Part shown: in pieces, positions 20,102-30,717 of the stretch
How positions within the stretch are numbered: position 1 is the first letter of the stretch
Layout: each line of letters opens with the position of its first letter
Position numbers and translations under genes: made by a program
Notes under the pieces: generated by a model
Database searches by the model: none
Seen by the model: only the letters and a program-made list of their open reading frames with translations
What the model was told of the DNA's origin: nothing
Assembly: GCA_018221105.1 (NCBI GenBank)
Contig: JAAOYA010000009.1
Span: 1 to 64,000, forward strand
Source of the DNA: Candidatus Woesearchaeota archaeon
GTDB taxonomy: Archaea > Nanobdellota > Nanobdellia > Woesearchaeales > JAAOYA01
DNA: 64,000 nucleotides
Reading direction: 5' to 3'

Positions 20102-20221
20102 TTTATCAAAACCTCTTTTCTAATTGTTTTTATTAGAGTAAAAACTCGTGTTTCTCCTTTATAAATTTTACTATAAAATCGATGGAAAGTTTTTTAAATA
20201 GACCTGTATTCTCACAAAATT

Positions 20222-20740
20222 ATGGCAAAATTAAGAAAATTTGTCGCTTATCGACGTCAAGAAAGACCTTATACTAGAATAAGTAAGTTTCGAAAAAAAG
20301 CATATGTTAAAGCTAGACCTAACTCTAAAATTGTTCGCTTTGATATGGGAAACCTCAAAAAAGATTTTCCAGTAAAAGTACATTTAATCTCAAAAGAAGA
20401 TGTTCAAATACGCCATAATGCTTTTGAATCAGCACGCTTAGCATCAAATAGGTTAATGGAAAAAAACGTTGGTAAAATAAACTTCAACATTAAAATTCGA
20501 GTGTACCCGCACCACATTTTACGCGAGAACCCTTTAGCTAGTGGCGCTGGTGCTGACAGGATGAGTACGGGAATGAAGTTAAGCTTTGGAAAAACAATCG
20601 GTGTTGCAGCACAAGTTGACAAAGAACAAAAAATCATGACCATTGGCGTTGCAAAAGAACACATTGAACTTGCAAAAAAAGCTTTAACAAGATCTTATCA
20701 AAAACTTCCTTGCTCTTGCAGAATAGAAGTAGAAGCTTAA
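20222..20740 (+). CDS. rpl10e: 50S ribosomal protein uL16 (L10e)
   Basis: RVYPHHILREN..ASGAGADR.STGM..SFGK. Confidence 0.96.
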   Translation: MAKLRKFVAYRRQERPYTRISKFRKKAYVKARPNSKIVRFDMGNLKKDFPVKVHLISKEDVQIRHNAFESARLASNRLMEKNVGKINFNIKIRVYPHHILRENPLASGAGADRMSTGMKLSFGKTIGVAAQVDKEQKIMTIGVAKEHIELAKKALTRSYQKLPCSCRIEVEA

Positions 20741-20794
20741 CTACTCTAGAATAGTTCTAAAACATTTTAAACTCTATAGACGACACTAATAGTA

Positions 20795-21880
20795 ATGCAA
20801 CTAGGAGAAACTATCAGTGCGCTAATACAACAACAATTTAACGTATTAGTACCAGCAGATTTTTTAAACGCTGCAATACTATTTGTAGGCTTTCTAATAC
20901 TCGCAAGACTGGCAATATTTGTCAATGAAACATACCTTCTAAAAATTGCCAAGAAAACAAAAACAACAGTCGATGATATAATACTTAGAAAAGTAGAAAA
21001 GCCAATAGCAGTACTGCTAGTGTTTATAGGATTTCGATTAGCAATAAAATACTTGCCAACAGTACCACAACTAGTTTTTGACATTACAGAAACAATAATA
21101 GTGCTACTAATTTTCGGGGTGATATTTTCAATCACAAGATTGTTTATGGGACTTTTAGAAAAACGTTGGGAAGAAAACGTCACTTCAGCACCATTAGATG
21201 AGGAAGTACTGCCATTAGTCCGGTCTTTTGCAAACGTCGTATGGATTTTTATCATGATAACAGTCCTGTTAAGCGTGTGGGGCGTTAAAATAAAACCATT
21301 ACTTACCAGTCTAGGAATAGCCGGTGGACTAGTAGGACTTGCAGCTTCATTTGCACTAAAAGACACACTAGCAAACGTTTTTGGAGGAATGTCATTAATA
21401 CTAGACAGAACATTCAGCGTACACGATTTTATAGAATTAGAAGACGGCAAGATGGGAACAATAATCGACATCGGTCTTAGAAGCACCAAAATAAGAACCT
21501 ATGAAAACAAAGTAATAATAGTTCCAAACGGAGTATTATCAAACAGTCAAATAATCAATTACGCAAAACCAAACAATGTCATCAGACAAATAGCACAGAT
21601 CGGAGTAGCTTACGGATCAGACCTTAATAAAACAACAGAAGCAATACTTGACGCGCTAAAAGGATTAGAAGGAGTACTAGAGCACCCAAAAGCAGAAGTG
21701 CACTTTATCAAAATGAACGAGTACTCATTAGACTTTAGAGTATTATATTATATAGAACATTATCGCAATAGGTGGGCAATGGAAAACAAAGCAATGAGAG
21801 CAATACACAAATCACTACTAAAAAACAAAATCAAAATACCATTTCCAACAAGAACAGTATACCAGTACAAAGGAAAATAA
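20795..21880 (+). CDS. mscS: Small-conductance mechanosensitive channel
   Basis: FALKDTLANVFGG, G...DIGLRST.I......IVPN, IPFP. Confidence 0.92.
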   Translation: MQLGETISALIQQQFNVLVPADFLNAAILFVGFLILARLAIFVNETYLLKIAKKTKTTVDDIILRKVEKPIAVLLVFIGFRLAIKYLPTVPQLVFDITETIIVLLIFGVIFSITRLFMGLLEKRWEENVTSAPLDEEVLPLVRSFANVVWIFIMITVLLSVWGVKIKPLLTSLGIAGGLVGLAASFALKDTLANVFGGMSLILDRTFSVHDFIELEDGKMGTIIDIGLRSTKIRTYENKVIIVPNGVLSNSQIINYAKPNNVIRQIAQIGVAYGSDLNKTTEAILDALKGLEGVLEHPKAEVHFIKMNEYSLDFRVLYYIEHYRNRWAMENKAMRAIHKSLLKNKIKIPFPTRTVYQYKGK

Positions 21881-21891
21881 TAAAATCAAAT

Positions 21892-22860
21892 TTAATATTC
21901 TTTTTTCTTTAGAAGTATTTCATTATTCAAATCGTCAATATTATCAAAAACTTTAAACCCAGAATCATTTTTGAATTGTTCAACAAGTTTCTTGTCCAAT
22001 ATATCGGTTTTGCTAACATAAACAATTACAGGCCTTGAAAACTTTTTCATGTTTTTATAAAGCTTAATTTGGTCCTTAAGAGGGTATGGTTCACTAAGAT
22101 CATAAATGTAAACAATAACATCGGCAACATACTTTAATGCCAAGTACGCCATGTTTTCAATAAAATTCATTTTATGACGGTTCAAGGCCCCGGGAGTGTC
22201 AACAAACTGTAATTTTTCATACTTGTGAGTTCTATAACCAATAAGCAAACGCTTAGTAGTAAAAGCATAACTGTCAATATCAGGATTTGAAGTAGTAAGT
22301 TTTGAAAGAAGTGTGCTCTTGCCAACATTTGGAAAACCTGCAATGGCAATAGTGAACAAGTTATCTTTAATATCAGGAAAACCTTTCAATGTTTTGCGAG
22401 CATTATCCAAATATTTCAAATCATCACCAACTTGTCTGATAAGTGATGAAACTCTACCATAAAACTCTGCACGTAATTGTTTAGGCTTATTAATATCCCG
22501 GGTCTTAAAAATCAGTTTAATATAACGATCGTGAAACCCCTCAACCTTTTGCACAAACCAATTAAGCGCTGCCAGAGACTTTTTTAATTGTTTATAGTCA
22601 AGAGTCAATCGAATAAGCTCTTGGTAAAACTCAGGCAAAGAATCAATTGATGGAAAACTCTTAAGAAGCTTAGTGATTTGGCGGGCCAGCACACGCTTAA
22701 CAGTATCAAGTCTAATAACTTCTTCACGCTTAGCACGCTGCAACGGTTCAAAACGACGTAATTTAAGCCTTTGCTCCTTAACCTTTTTAGACGATGCACT
22801 AAAAGCAATATCTAAATAATGCTGACTATCCTCAAAATTAGGAAGGTTTTGAAAGTTCAT
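21892..22860 (-). CDS. NOG1-family GTPase
   Basis: N-terminal helical domain LPEFY.EL, GFPNVGKS, YAFTT, DTPG, SKTD. Confidence 0.9.
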   Translation of the reverse strand: MNFQNLPNFEDSQHYLDIAFSASSKKVKEQRLKLRRFEPLQRAKREEVIRLDTVKRVLARQITKLLKSFPSIDSLPEFYQELIRLTLDYKQLKKSLAALNWFVQKVEGFHDRYIKLIFKTRDINKPKQLRAEFYGRVSSLIRQVGDDLKYLDNARKTLKGFPDIKDNLFTIAIAGFPNVGKSTLLSKLTTSNPDIDSYAFTTKRLLIGYRTHKYEKLQFVDTPGALNRHKMNFIENMAYLALKYVADVIVYIYDLSEPYPLKDQIKLYKNMKKFSRPVIVYVSKTDILDKKLVEQFKNDSGFKVFDNIDDLNNEILLKKKEY

Positions 22861-22960
22861 AAAACCTTGGTTGACTGGCGTTATTTAAAAAAACTATGTT
22901 TTGCGAAAACTTTATTAATACTACAACAATCAACTCGTTAGACCATGGGAGGTGGTGTTA

Positions 22961-23713
22961 ATGGCAGTATTTAGCTTACCAATAATAGCATTCATTGTAA
23001 TCTTTATCTTAAGCGGACTAAAAATAGTCAACGAATACGAGCGCGGAGTAAAATTCACATTAGGACGATACGCTGGAATGATGAAACCAGGATTGCGACT
23101 TATCATACCAGTAGTGCAAAGCTGGGAGCGCGTAGACTTACGAGTAAAAGCAGTAGACGTGCCAGACCAAGACTGCATAACAAAAGACAACATAAGCGTA
23201 AACGTAAACGCAGTAGTCTATTACAAAGTCTCAGGAGCAGACAAAGCCATCCTAGAAGTTGAAAATTTTCGATTCGCCCTAAGCCAAATGGCGCAAACTA
23301 CCATGCGAAACGTTGTAGGTGAAGTAGAACTAGACGACCTATTACAACAACGCGACAAGATAAGCGGTCGAATACAAAAAATTATTGATACTGCAACAGA
23401 CCCATGGGGAATAAAAGTAGACGCAGTAGACCTAAAAGACGTAGCACTACCACAAGACATGAAACGCGTAATTGGAAAACAAGCAGAAGCAGAACGAGAA
23501 AAACGCGCAGTGATAATAAAAGCAGAAGGCGAAGTCATAGCAGCAGACAACATCACAAAAGCCGCCAAAACACTAAGTGGAGCACAAGGAGCACTACATT
23601 TGAGAACACTGCAAACACTAAACGACCTCTCAAGCGACCAATCAAACACAGTGATATTCGCCGTGCCACTAGAAGTCGTGAGAGCATTTGAAAAACTAGG
23701 CGGAAAAAAATAA
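22961..23713 (+). CDS. SPFH/stomatin-like (slipin) protein
   Basis: EYERGV.F.LGR, ITKDN..V.V.AVVYY, QAEAERE.RA..I.AEGE; GGAGGTG SD. Confidence 0.93.
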   Translation: MAVFSLPIIAFIVIFILSGLKIVNEYERGVKFTLGRYAGMMKPGLRLIIPVVQSWERVDLRVKAVDVPDQDCITKDNISVNVNAVVYYKVSGADKAILEVENFRFALSQMAQTTMRNVVGEVELDDLLQQRDKISGRIQKIIDTATDPWGIKVDAVDLKDVALPQDMKRVIGKQAEAEREKRAVIIKAEGEVIAADNITKAAKTLSGAQGALHLRTLQTLNDLSSDQSNTVIFAVPLEVVRAFEKLGGKK

Positions 23714-23721
23714 ACTTTTTT

Positions 23722-24018
23722 TTATTGTTCTCTTTTTGGTTGAGGGTTATAGAACACTTCTCTAGACTCTATATCACTACAAGGTGCTAGAATTGTGCCT
23801 TGGAGTGTTTCTACTATTGGCAAAGCTAAATTATCTCCAATAAAATCATAAATTCTTGTTAATAGCATACTAGAACTAGGATGCTTTATTGGCACTGCGT
23901 AATGATAACGTGGCAATTCAAGAATAATCGGTTCCCTGTCAGAAGTTTCAGCATACGGGTCTTGACCACAAGCAATCCTAAACCTTATAGCTTTTATGTG
24001 TTCATCTAATGTGAGCAT
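23722..24018 (-). CDS. Hypothetical protein
   Basis: 98-aa ORF filling the gap, with TATA-like element upstream. Confidence 0.5.
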   Translation of the reverse strand: MLTLDEHIKAIRFRIACGQDPYAETSDREPIILELPRYHYAVPIKHPSSSMLLTRIYDFIGDNLALPIVETLQGTILAPCSDIESREVFYNPQPKREQ

Positions 24019-24058
24019 ATAATTTCTTCTACAAAGTTATATTTAAGTTTTTAGAAAG

Positions 24059-24155
24059 TAGCGGGGGGTGGATTTGAACCACCGACCTCCGGGTCTCTCC
24101 AAAACAAAATTTTTTGTATGAGCCCGACGGGCACTCCTGGCTGCCCTACCCCGCT
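24059..24155 (-). tRNA. Initiator tRNA-Met(CAT) with a 22-nt intron at 37/38 (24095-24116)
   Basis: Reverse complement AGCGGGG...CCCCGCT-A gives A1:U72, GGG/CCC in the anticodon stem, CTCATA then intron. Confidence 0.92.
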
Positions 24156-24245
24156 ATAGAGTGATTTTGGTGAATAAAGGTGTATTTATAAGTGTTTCGT
24201 CAACAAAAACTTTAAAAATAACACGCTCACTCCAAAGTAATAATT

Positions 24246-24327
24246 GCCGGGATCGCATAGTCTGGTATTGCGCAGGATTGCTAATCCTGTTCCTTTGGAA
24301 TCGTGGGTTCAAATCCCACTCCCGGCG
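24246..24327 (+). tRNA. tRNA-Ser(GCT)
   Basis: GCCGGGA/TCCCGGC acceptor stem, CAGGA-TTGCTAA-TCCTG anticodon arm, long variable arm TTCC-TTT-GGAA, G discriminator. Confidence 0.92.
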
Positions 24328-24375
24328 CTCTTTTTTAAAAAATTATAAAAAGCCTGAACTGTTATTAGTGTTATT

Positions 24376-26328
24376 ATGAAAAAAATATTGTTGTTAATGC
24401 TGTTATTTTCTTGTGTTTTTGCTGGCGCTCAAATTATTGATGATCAACAATTATACACTGCAACAGAATTAGATCTTTTTTTGACAATTGATAGTGGTTT
24501 TGACGTGTTAGCAGGCAATAACCCAACACTTAACTATTTTGATGCTAGTGTTAATTTTTTGCCAACTACAACAATATCGCAAGAAGTGATGAGTTTGAAA
24601 ACATACCCCGGACTCTACAATGTTGATACTTTTCGCTGGACAACTTTAGAGGACACTTATGATTTTACAATACAATCATACATTCAAAGTCGCCGCGAGC
24701 AAAAGCAGATTACTCGCAAGCTAAAATTTCCAATTGAAAGTTTAGACACTTCTTTTGATCAATACCTTTCAAGCTCTGATTATGTGACTATCACAAGTGA
24801 AGTTCGCGATATCGCGTCAACACTTGCAACAGGAGAAGACGATTTGTTTATAGTGGTAGCAAAAATTAGTAAGTGGGTCACTGATAACATAGAATATGAC
24901 TTGTCAACATTAAACGCTCAAACAACACAACCAGCAAGTTATGTGCTACGAACGCGCCAAGGTGTTTGTGATGAAATAACAGTACTTTTTATTTCAATGC
25001 TTAGAAGTCTTGGGATCCCAGCACGATTTGTATCAGGAATAGCTTATAGTAATAGTGAACTTTTTGATTACCCTTGGGGGTTTCACGGTTGGGCAGAGGT
25101 ATACTTTCCAGGCCATGGTTGGATAAGCGTTGACCCGACATATGATGAGATAGCGTTTGTTGATGCAACACACATTAAACTTTTAGATTCGCCAGGAGTG
25201 CAAAACCCATCAATTACTTATGAATGGTTAGGCCACAACGTAGAAATAGTAGGGCGCGAACTAGCACCAATAATCGAAGTAAAAAAAATAGGCAACCCAT
25301 ACAATGACAATGTTGAGATAAGCGCCCAAGTTTTCGAGGATGTTGTAGATTTCAAATCATACAATGGTGTTAGGACAATAGTGAAAAACAGAAACGCTCA
25401 TTATGTGGCATTAAATTTGTATTCTTCACATGTTGAAGGATTAGAGCAAATTGTTGGAAAACAAATAGTTATCTTGACACCTTTCGAGGAGAAAACTGTC
25501 TATTTTGTTTACAAACTAACAGGAGCTTTCAAAAATGATTACAAGTACACTTTTCCACTGACAGTTTACTTAAATGAAAATGTTGAAGCTGACGTTAGTT
25601 TTTCAGCATCGCGTGAGGGGACGAGAATTGAGGAGAGTGATGTTGACGTTTTTATAAAAAAAAGCCAGTCAAAAGTACAAGCTGATGCCAACGCAGTAAT
25701 AGAGCTTGATTGTAACGTGCCAGGGACTGTTTACAAAAGTCAAACATTCAATATTAATTGCACAGTATCAAACACTGGAAACATATACTTAAAAGACTTA
25801 GAATTATGCTATGATAATTGTTTAAACATTACTAGTCCTATAAGCTCTAAAGAAAACTATTTGTTCACAGAAAGTTTTAACGAATCAGGACGTAAAAAAA
25901 TCAATATTGAACTAACAGGAACTGACATTTACCTAGCACAACAATTAGAGTTAGGAGTCGCGCAAAAAGCTTTTGTACAAATTACTAATGTGTCAGAGCC
26001 GCAAACAATAAATTATGAAGGCATTGCAAAAGTAAACTTTTTACTAACACCATACTCTGACCCGCAAAACATAAAATTAACAATAAAAATCAATAATAGG
26101 GAAAGAACATACCATTATCAGTCAATGGAAAGCCCGCTAAACTTTATCTTTGAAGTATTAGGGCAAGACCTAAAAGAAGGCTCAAATACTGTACAATTGT
26201 TTGTCGAGTATGATTCGCGCTATGGAATAAAAACAAGCACTGCAAACGCGCAAATAACATTATTGAAACTAACACTTTGGCAAAAAGTACAAGTTACCAT
26301 AACACAGTTATATTACAAATTATTCTAA
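24376..26328 (+). CDS. Secreted transglutaminase-like protein
   Basis: Signal peptide; GVCDE...LRSLGIPAR.VSG, HGWAEVY, W..VDPT triad; C-terminal Ig-like regions. Confidence 0.88.
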   Translation: MKKILLLMLLFSCVFAGAQIIDDQQLYTATELDLFLTIDSGFDVLAGNNPTLNYFDASVNFLPTTTISQEVMSLKTYPGLYNVDTFRWTTLEDTYDFTIQSYIQSRREQKQITRKLKFPIESLDTSFDQYLSSSDYVTITSEVRDIASTLATGEDDLFIVVAKISKWVTDNIEYDLSTLNAQTTQPASYVLRTRQGVCDEITVLFISMLRSLGIPARFVSGIAYSNSELFDYPWGFHGWAEVYFPGHGWISVDPTYDEIAFVDATHIKLLDSPGVQNPSITYEWLGHNVEIVGRELAPIIEVKKIGNPYNDNVEISAQVFEDVVDFKSYNGVRTIVKNRNAHYVALNLYSSHVEGLEQIVGKQIVILTPFEEKTVYFVYKLTGAFKNDYKYTFPLTVYLNENVEADVSFSASREGTRIEESDVDVFIKKSQSKVQADANAVIELDCNVPGTVYKSQTFNINCTVSNTGNIYLKDLELCYDNCLNITSPISSKENYLFTESFNESGRKKINIELTGTDIYLAQQLELGVAQKAFVQITNVSEPQTINYEGIAKVNFLLTPYSDPQNIKLTIKINNRERTYHYQSMESPLNFIFEVLGQDLKEGSNTVQLFVEYDSRYGIKTSTANAQITLLKLTLWQKVQVTITQLYYKLF

Positions 26329-26334
26329 ACTAAA

Positions 26335-27432
26335 ATGGCATCTTACCAAGATCAAATAAAAGAATTACAAGAAGAACTAAAAAACACTCCTTACAATAAG
26401 GCAACACAACACCACATTGGACGTGTTAAAGCAAAAATTGCAAAGCTTAAAGAAAAAGAATTTGAGCGTTCAGCAAGCAAAAGTGGTGCCAAGGAAGGTT
26501 ATTCTGTCAGAAGAACGGGTGATGGAACAGTGTTACTTTTGGGTTTTCCATCAACAGGAAAATCAACATTATTAAACGCCATAACTAATGCAAATTCAGA
26601 AGTGGGCAGTTATGCCTTTACAACACTGACAGTAGTTCCAGGACTTATGGATTATAACTTTGCAAAAATACAAATTTTAGACGTTCCAGGAGTAATACAA
26701 GGAGCCGCTGCAGGTCGAGGTCGTGGTAGAGAAGTGCTTAGTGTCATACGAAATGCTGACTTAGTGTTAATAGTGCTTGATGGTACCCAGCCAGAACAAG
26801 TAAACACTTTACTATCAGAAGTTCATGATTCTGGAATAAGACTTGATAAGAAAAAGCCAATAATAAAAATCAAGAAAACATCAAAAGACGGGGTGAATGT
26901 TGGCTTTACAAAAAAACAAACGCACATTGACAAAAAAACAATAATAACAGTACTAAAAGAATTCAAGATCAACAATGCAGAAGTAGTAATACGTGATAAC
27001 ATAACAGTCGATGACATAATAGATGCTGTTGAAGATAACAAAAAATACTTGCCATCACTAATAGCAGTCAACAAAAGCGACATGTTAAGCGATGAGCAAA
27101 AAAAACAATTAAAAAAAGATTACAAACCAGACATTTTCATAAGCGCGAAAAACAAAGATAATATTGAAGCATTAAAAAAACTAATTTTTAAAAAATTACG
27201 ACTAATTAGAATTTATTTAAAAGAACCACAAAAACCCGCTGATTTAGAAGAGCCACTGATAATGTTTAAAGATTCGACAATTAAAGACGTTTGCAATAAA
27301 TTACACAAGGATTTTCTAACAAAGTTCAAGTTTTCAAAAGTCTGGGGCAAAAGCGCTAAATTTGAAGGGCAACGTTTAATGCTAAAACACCGGCTTATAG
27401 ACGGGGACGTTTTAGAGATTCACCTGCGCTAA
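26335..27432 (+). CDS. DRG/OBG-family GTPase with TGS domain
   Basis: NKAT.HH, GFPSTGKS, YAFTT, DVPG, NKSD, VWGKSAKF.GQ. Confidence 0.93.
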   Translation: MASYQDQIKELQEELKNTPYNKATQHHIGRVKAKIAKLKEKEFERSASKSGAKEGYSVRRTGDGTVLLLGFPSTGKSTLLNAITNANSEVGSYAFTTLTVVPGLMDYNFAKIQILDVPGVIQGAAAGRGRGREVLSVIRNADLVLIVLDGTQPEQVNTLLSEVHDSGIRLDKKKPIIKIKKTSKDGVNVGFTKKQTHIDKKTIITVLKEFKINNAEVVIRDNITVDDIIDAVEDNKKYLPSLIAVNKSDMLSDEQKKQLKKDYKPDIFISAKNKDNIEALKKLIFKKLRLIRIYLKEPQKPADLEEPLIMFKDSTIKDVCNKLHKDFLTKFKFSKVWGKSAKFEGQRLMLKHRLIDGDVLEIHLR

Positions 27433-27469
27433 TTTTATAAATAATGATTCTTTCAAGTTGCATTCCAAA

Positions 27470-28330
27470 ATGAAAAAATTAGTTTTGCTAATGTTTTTGT
27501 TGATGCTGCCAACTGTAATGGCAGCGCATCAGACTACAATAGTTTACGAACTACAAGATGATCAAAGCATTAAAACAATCATTAGCTTAGAGTTTGATGA
27601 TAACATAACAAGAGATGTTTTATTGCAAGTGCCAACGCAGCATGAAAATTTAAGGGTTGCAAAAGACAAAAAACTAGCAAGTTATAATATTGAAAACTCA
27701 CAATTAACTGTTAGTTTAGAAGATAATCAAGAATTATTAATTGTTTATTATACAGACTTCTACACATTAAACAATGAATTTGTCAACAGCATAAAACCAA
27801 TAATAGGTGATGGCAGCTTGCAAGTATTATTTGTGATGCCGACAGGCTATCGCCTGGCAACAAGCATAACAAGTGATGAATTAACAAACACTGTAAGCCC
27901 AAAACCTAACAATATACTAAGTGACGGCCAGCAAATAATACTAGAGTGGACACGCCAAAATTTTGACGGGGAATTCGCATTATTTGTGCGCTACAAAAAA
28001 CCAGTTTCTCAAACAATCCCAATAATAATTTTGATGATTGTAATACTATTACTTTCAGCTTATAGCATTTACAACTTTTTTCGAGAACCACAAATCAAAA
28101 CAATAACAAAAGATTATGATATTAGTGATCACTTAAAAGAAGACGAGCAAATAATCATTAACCTATTAAAAAATCGTGGCGGAGAATGCGAGCAAGCAAC
28201 ACTAACACTCATCAGTGATTTTTCAAAAGCAAAGATTTCACGCTTGCTTTTCGAATTAGAAGAGCGAAAAGTCATAAAAAAAGTAAAAAAAGGCAAAAAA
28301 AACTATATAATGCTAAAAAAAGAACGTTGA
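27470..28330 (+). CDS. Membrane-anchored wHTH regulator with extracellular domain (COG2512-like)
   Basis: Signal peptide, ~165-aa beta-rich ectodomain, TM, then LKEDE..II..L..RGG..EQ.....FSKAKISR.L..LEERK.I.K.K.G..N. Confidence 0.8.
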   Translation: MKKLVLLMFLLMLPTVMAAHQTTIVYELQDDQSIKTIISLEFDDNITRDVLLQVPTQHENLRVAKDKKLASYNIENSQLTVSLEDNQELLIVYYTDFYTLNNEFVNSIKPIIGDGSLQVLFVMPTGYRLATSITSDELTNTVSPKPNNILSDGQQIILEWTRQNFDGEFALFVRYKKPVSQTIPIIILMIVILLLSAYSIYNFFREPQIKTITKDYDISDHLKEDEQIIINLLKNRGGECEQATLTLISDFSKAKISRLLFELEERKVIKKVKKGKKNYIMLKKER

Positions 28331-28457
28331 AACAATTATTGACAAAACAAAAGCTTTTCTAGCGTTTTCTAGCGATTTAAAGACATTGTTTCAGCACAAA
28401 CAATTAAGGATAACATTGTCATCACACCATTAATTAAACTCTTTGGAGGTAAAAATT

Positions 28458-29897
28458 ATGAAAATAAAAACATTATTTGTGTTAATGATTTTAGTGTTTT
28501 CAGCAATACTAGTAGTAGCTGACAACCACACTAACAGCACAACAATCAATGACACAACAAACAACACTAACAACGACACAAACCAAACAAACAATGATAA
28601 TCAAACAGACACCAACACTACAGAACCAACAACTACAGCACTATCAATTTGGGATAGTGGAGTATACGAAGTTGGTGAAGACATTGAATTCTTTGCAAAC
28701 TACACAGCAAACAGTACATTAGTACTTGGCGCCGACTGTCAAATAACTTTTGACAATACTAGTTTTGCAATGAGTGAAAACACAGATTATTACAAGTACG
28801 AAAAAGTATTCGATCAAAACGGAACTTTTGACTATAGTGTTATTTGCTCAAAAGAAAACTATACAGATTCAAGCGCTAACAGCACTGTAACAATCATTGC
28901 AGAAGATGATAATGTCACAGAAGAACTGATTAGTTTGACAATTTGGGACAATGGCCCGAAAGAAATCGATGAAGACGTCAAATTCTTTGCAAATTACACC
29001 TACAATAACACATTAGTAATTAATGCTAGTTGTCAAATAACTTTTGATAATGTTACTAGTACGATGCAAGATGATGACGAGTACTACAATTATGAAAGAA
29101 CATTTGATAATAACGGTACCTTCGAGTATTCAGTCAGTTGTTCAAAAGAAGAATATGAGACAAAAAACGCAACTGAAACTGTGACCATAACAGTAGATGA
29201 CGATGACAACCAAACAGGCACTAATGTAACAGACGATTTTGACTTTTCAGAGTGTGGAGTAACACCAGAAAACAGGTATCGATGGGGCATTGACAGAGCA
29301 ATGGAAAGAATTAGTCTTGCATTGACTTTTGGCAAAAGTGCAAAAGCACAAAAAGGCTTAGTGCACGCTCGCGAAAGATTATGCGAAGTACGTTTGATGC
29401 TAACACAAAAAAAGTTAGCACAAGCAGAAAGAGCGCAAAAATCTTATGATAAAAGCCTGAAAAAAGTCAAGCTACGAGTTCGAGAGCACACTGGAGATAA
29501 TGAAACAGAGTTCGAAAATGAAATCGAGACAAAACTAAAAAAGCACGAAAAATACGTCCAAGACTTTGGACAATTACGCCAAAGAATTCAAGGACAATTA
29601 AACAGTGACCAACAAGCAGCACTTGAAAACTTAATCAGTAGCTTTGAAAACAGCACAAACGACTTGCGCGTTGAAGTAGAACAAAAAAAACAGCGCACAA
29701 AAATCAAGATTAGAGCTCGAGAGTTAAGCGGTCAAGAAATAAAAATTGAAATCGAAACAGAAAACGATAGCGATGGCAAAGGCAGCGGTAAAAACAAAAT
29801 CACTGGCAAAGCTGTTTTTGACGTGAACAAAAGTCTTGAAGTGCGAGAGCGCATTAAAGAAAAACTTAAAAACAAAGGTAAAGGAAAAAACAGATAA
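28458..29897 (+). CDS. Secreted protein: N/T-rich linker, two tandem Ig-like repeats, DUF5667-like helical domain
   Basis: Signal peptide; duplicated LxIWD..FFANYT..CQITFDN..CSKE unit; GVTP....W.IDRAMERI.L.LTF....KA...L..A.ERL.E. Confidence 0.75.
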   Translation: MKIKTLFVLMILVFSAILVVADNHTNSTTINDTTNNTNNDTNQTNNDNQTDTNTTEPTTTALSIWDSGVYEVGEDIEFFANYTANSTLVLGADCQITFDNTSFAMSENTDYYKYEKVFDQNGTFDYSVICSKENYTDSSANSTVTIIAEDDNVTEELISLTIWDNGPKEIDEDVKFFANYTYNNTLVINASCQITFDNVTSTMQDDDEYYNYERTFDNNGTFEYSVSCSKEEYETKNATETVTITVDDDDNQTGTNVTDDFDFSECGVTPENRYRWGIDRAMERISLALTFGKSAKAQKGLVHARERLCEVRLMLTQKKLAQAERAQKSYDKSLKKVKLRVREHTGDNETEFENEIETKLKKHEKYVQDFGQLRQRIQGQLNSDQQAALENLISSFENSTNDLRVEVEQKKQRTKIKIRARELSGQEIKIEIETENDSDGKGSGKNKITGKAVFDVNKSLEVRERIKEKLKNKGKGKNR

Positions 29898-29978
29898 TTG
29901 TTTTTTCTTTCTTTATTTTTTTCAAAAAAGAATTTTTAATCATTATTTTTATAAACAACAATTCTTTCTAAACCTTTT

Positions 29979-30692
29979 ATGACAACAAATTTTTGGAAAG
30001 TAGTCAATAATGTCATCCGTGACGCTGACATTATTTTAGAAGTATTAGATGCTAGAATGATTAGTGAGACTCGCAATATCGAATTAGAAGACAAAATACG
30101 AAGTGAAAACAAGAAAATCTTGTACGTGATAACAAAAAGTGATTTAGTAGACAAAAAAAGTGTAGAGCGCGCAAAAAAAGAATTAAATCCTGCAGTTTTT
30201 ATCAGTGCAAAAGAACATCATGGCACGACAATTTTACGACACACGATACTAAAAATGACTAGTGAGCGTCCAGTGCGTGTCGGAGTAGTGGGCTATCCAA
30301 ACACAGGAAAAAGTTCATTGATTAACGCTCTAAAGGGCAGTGGTGCCGCTCCAGTAAGCTCAAAAGCAGGCTTTACCAAAGGAAAACAGTTTGTTCGCAC
30401 AAGTAACATACTGCTCATTGACACTCCAGGAGTAATACCTTACAAAGAAGGAGATCAAGAAAAACTAGCTTTAATTGGCAGTGTGAACCCTGAAAAAATC
30501 AAAGATCCGGACATTATAGCTGCAAAAATACTAGCAATGTTTGACGACGTTTACGGCGTCAAAGTAGACGATGAATACTTAGCATTAGAAGAAATAGCAA
30601 TAAAAAAAGGCAAGCTAAAAAAAGGCGGTGAGCCAGACGTTGACGCGCTAAGCAGGATGATTATTCGTGATTGGCAACAAGGAAAACTATAA
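29979..30692 (+). CDS. Circularly permuted RbgA/YlqF-family GTPase
   Basis: EVLDAR, TKSD and SAK precede GYPNTGKSS, then DTPG. Confidence 0.92.
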   Translation: MTTNFWKVVNNVIRDADIILEVLDARMISETRNIELEDKIRSENKKILYVITKSDLVDKKSVERAKKELNPAVFISAKEHHGTTILRHTILKMTSERPVRVGVVGYPNTGKSSLINALKGSGAAPVSSKAGFTKGKQFVRTSNILLIDTPGVIPYKEGDQEKLALIGSVNPEKIKDPDIIAAKILAMFDDVYGVKVDDEYLALEEIAIKKGKLKKGGEPDVDALSRMIIRDWQQGKL

Positions 30693-30717
30693 AAATAGTA
30701 AAGGATTAACCACTAAA

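Noticed and set aside
20767..21489. 240-aa minus-strand ORF and similar antisense ORFs (e.g. 13125-13712, 23221-23649, 55860-56324, 63156-63542)
   Set aside because: They overlap well-supported genes on the opposite strand and show no motifs
10230..24327. Integrated element bounded by tRNA att sites
   Set aside because: No duplicated tRNA 3' end, integrase or viral genes seen; the region holds core ribosomal genes
24161..24379. 72-aa ORF
   Set aside because: Overlaps tRNA-Ser and its promoter
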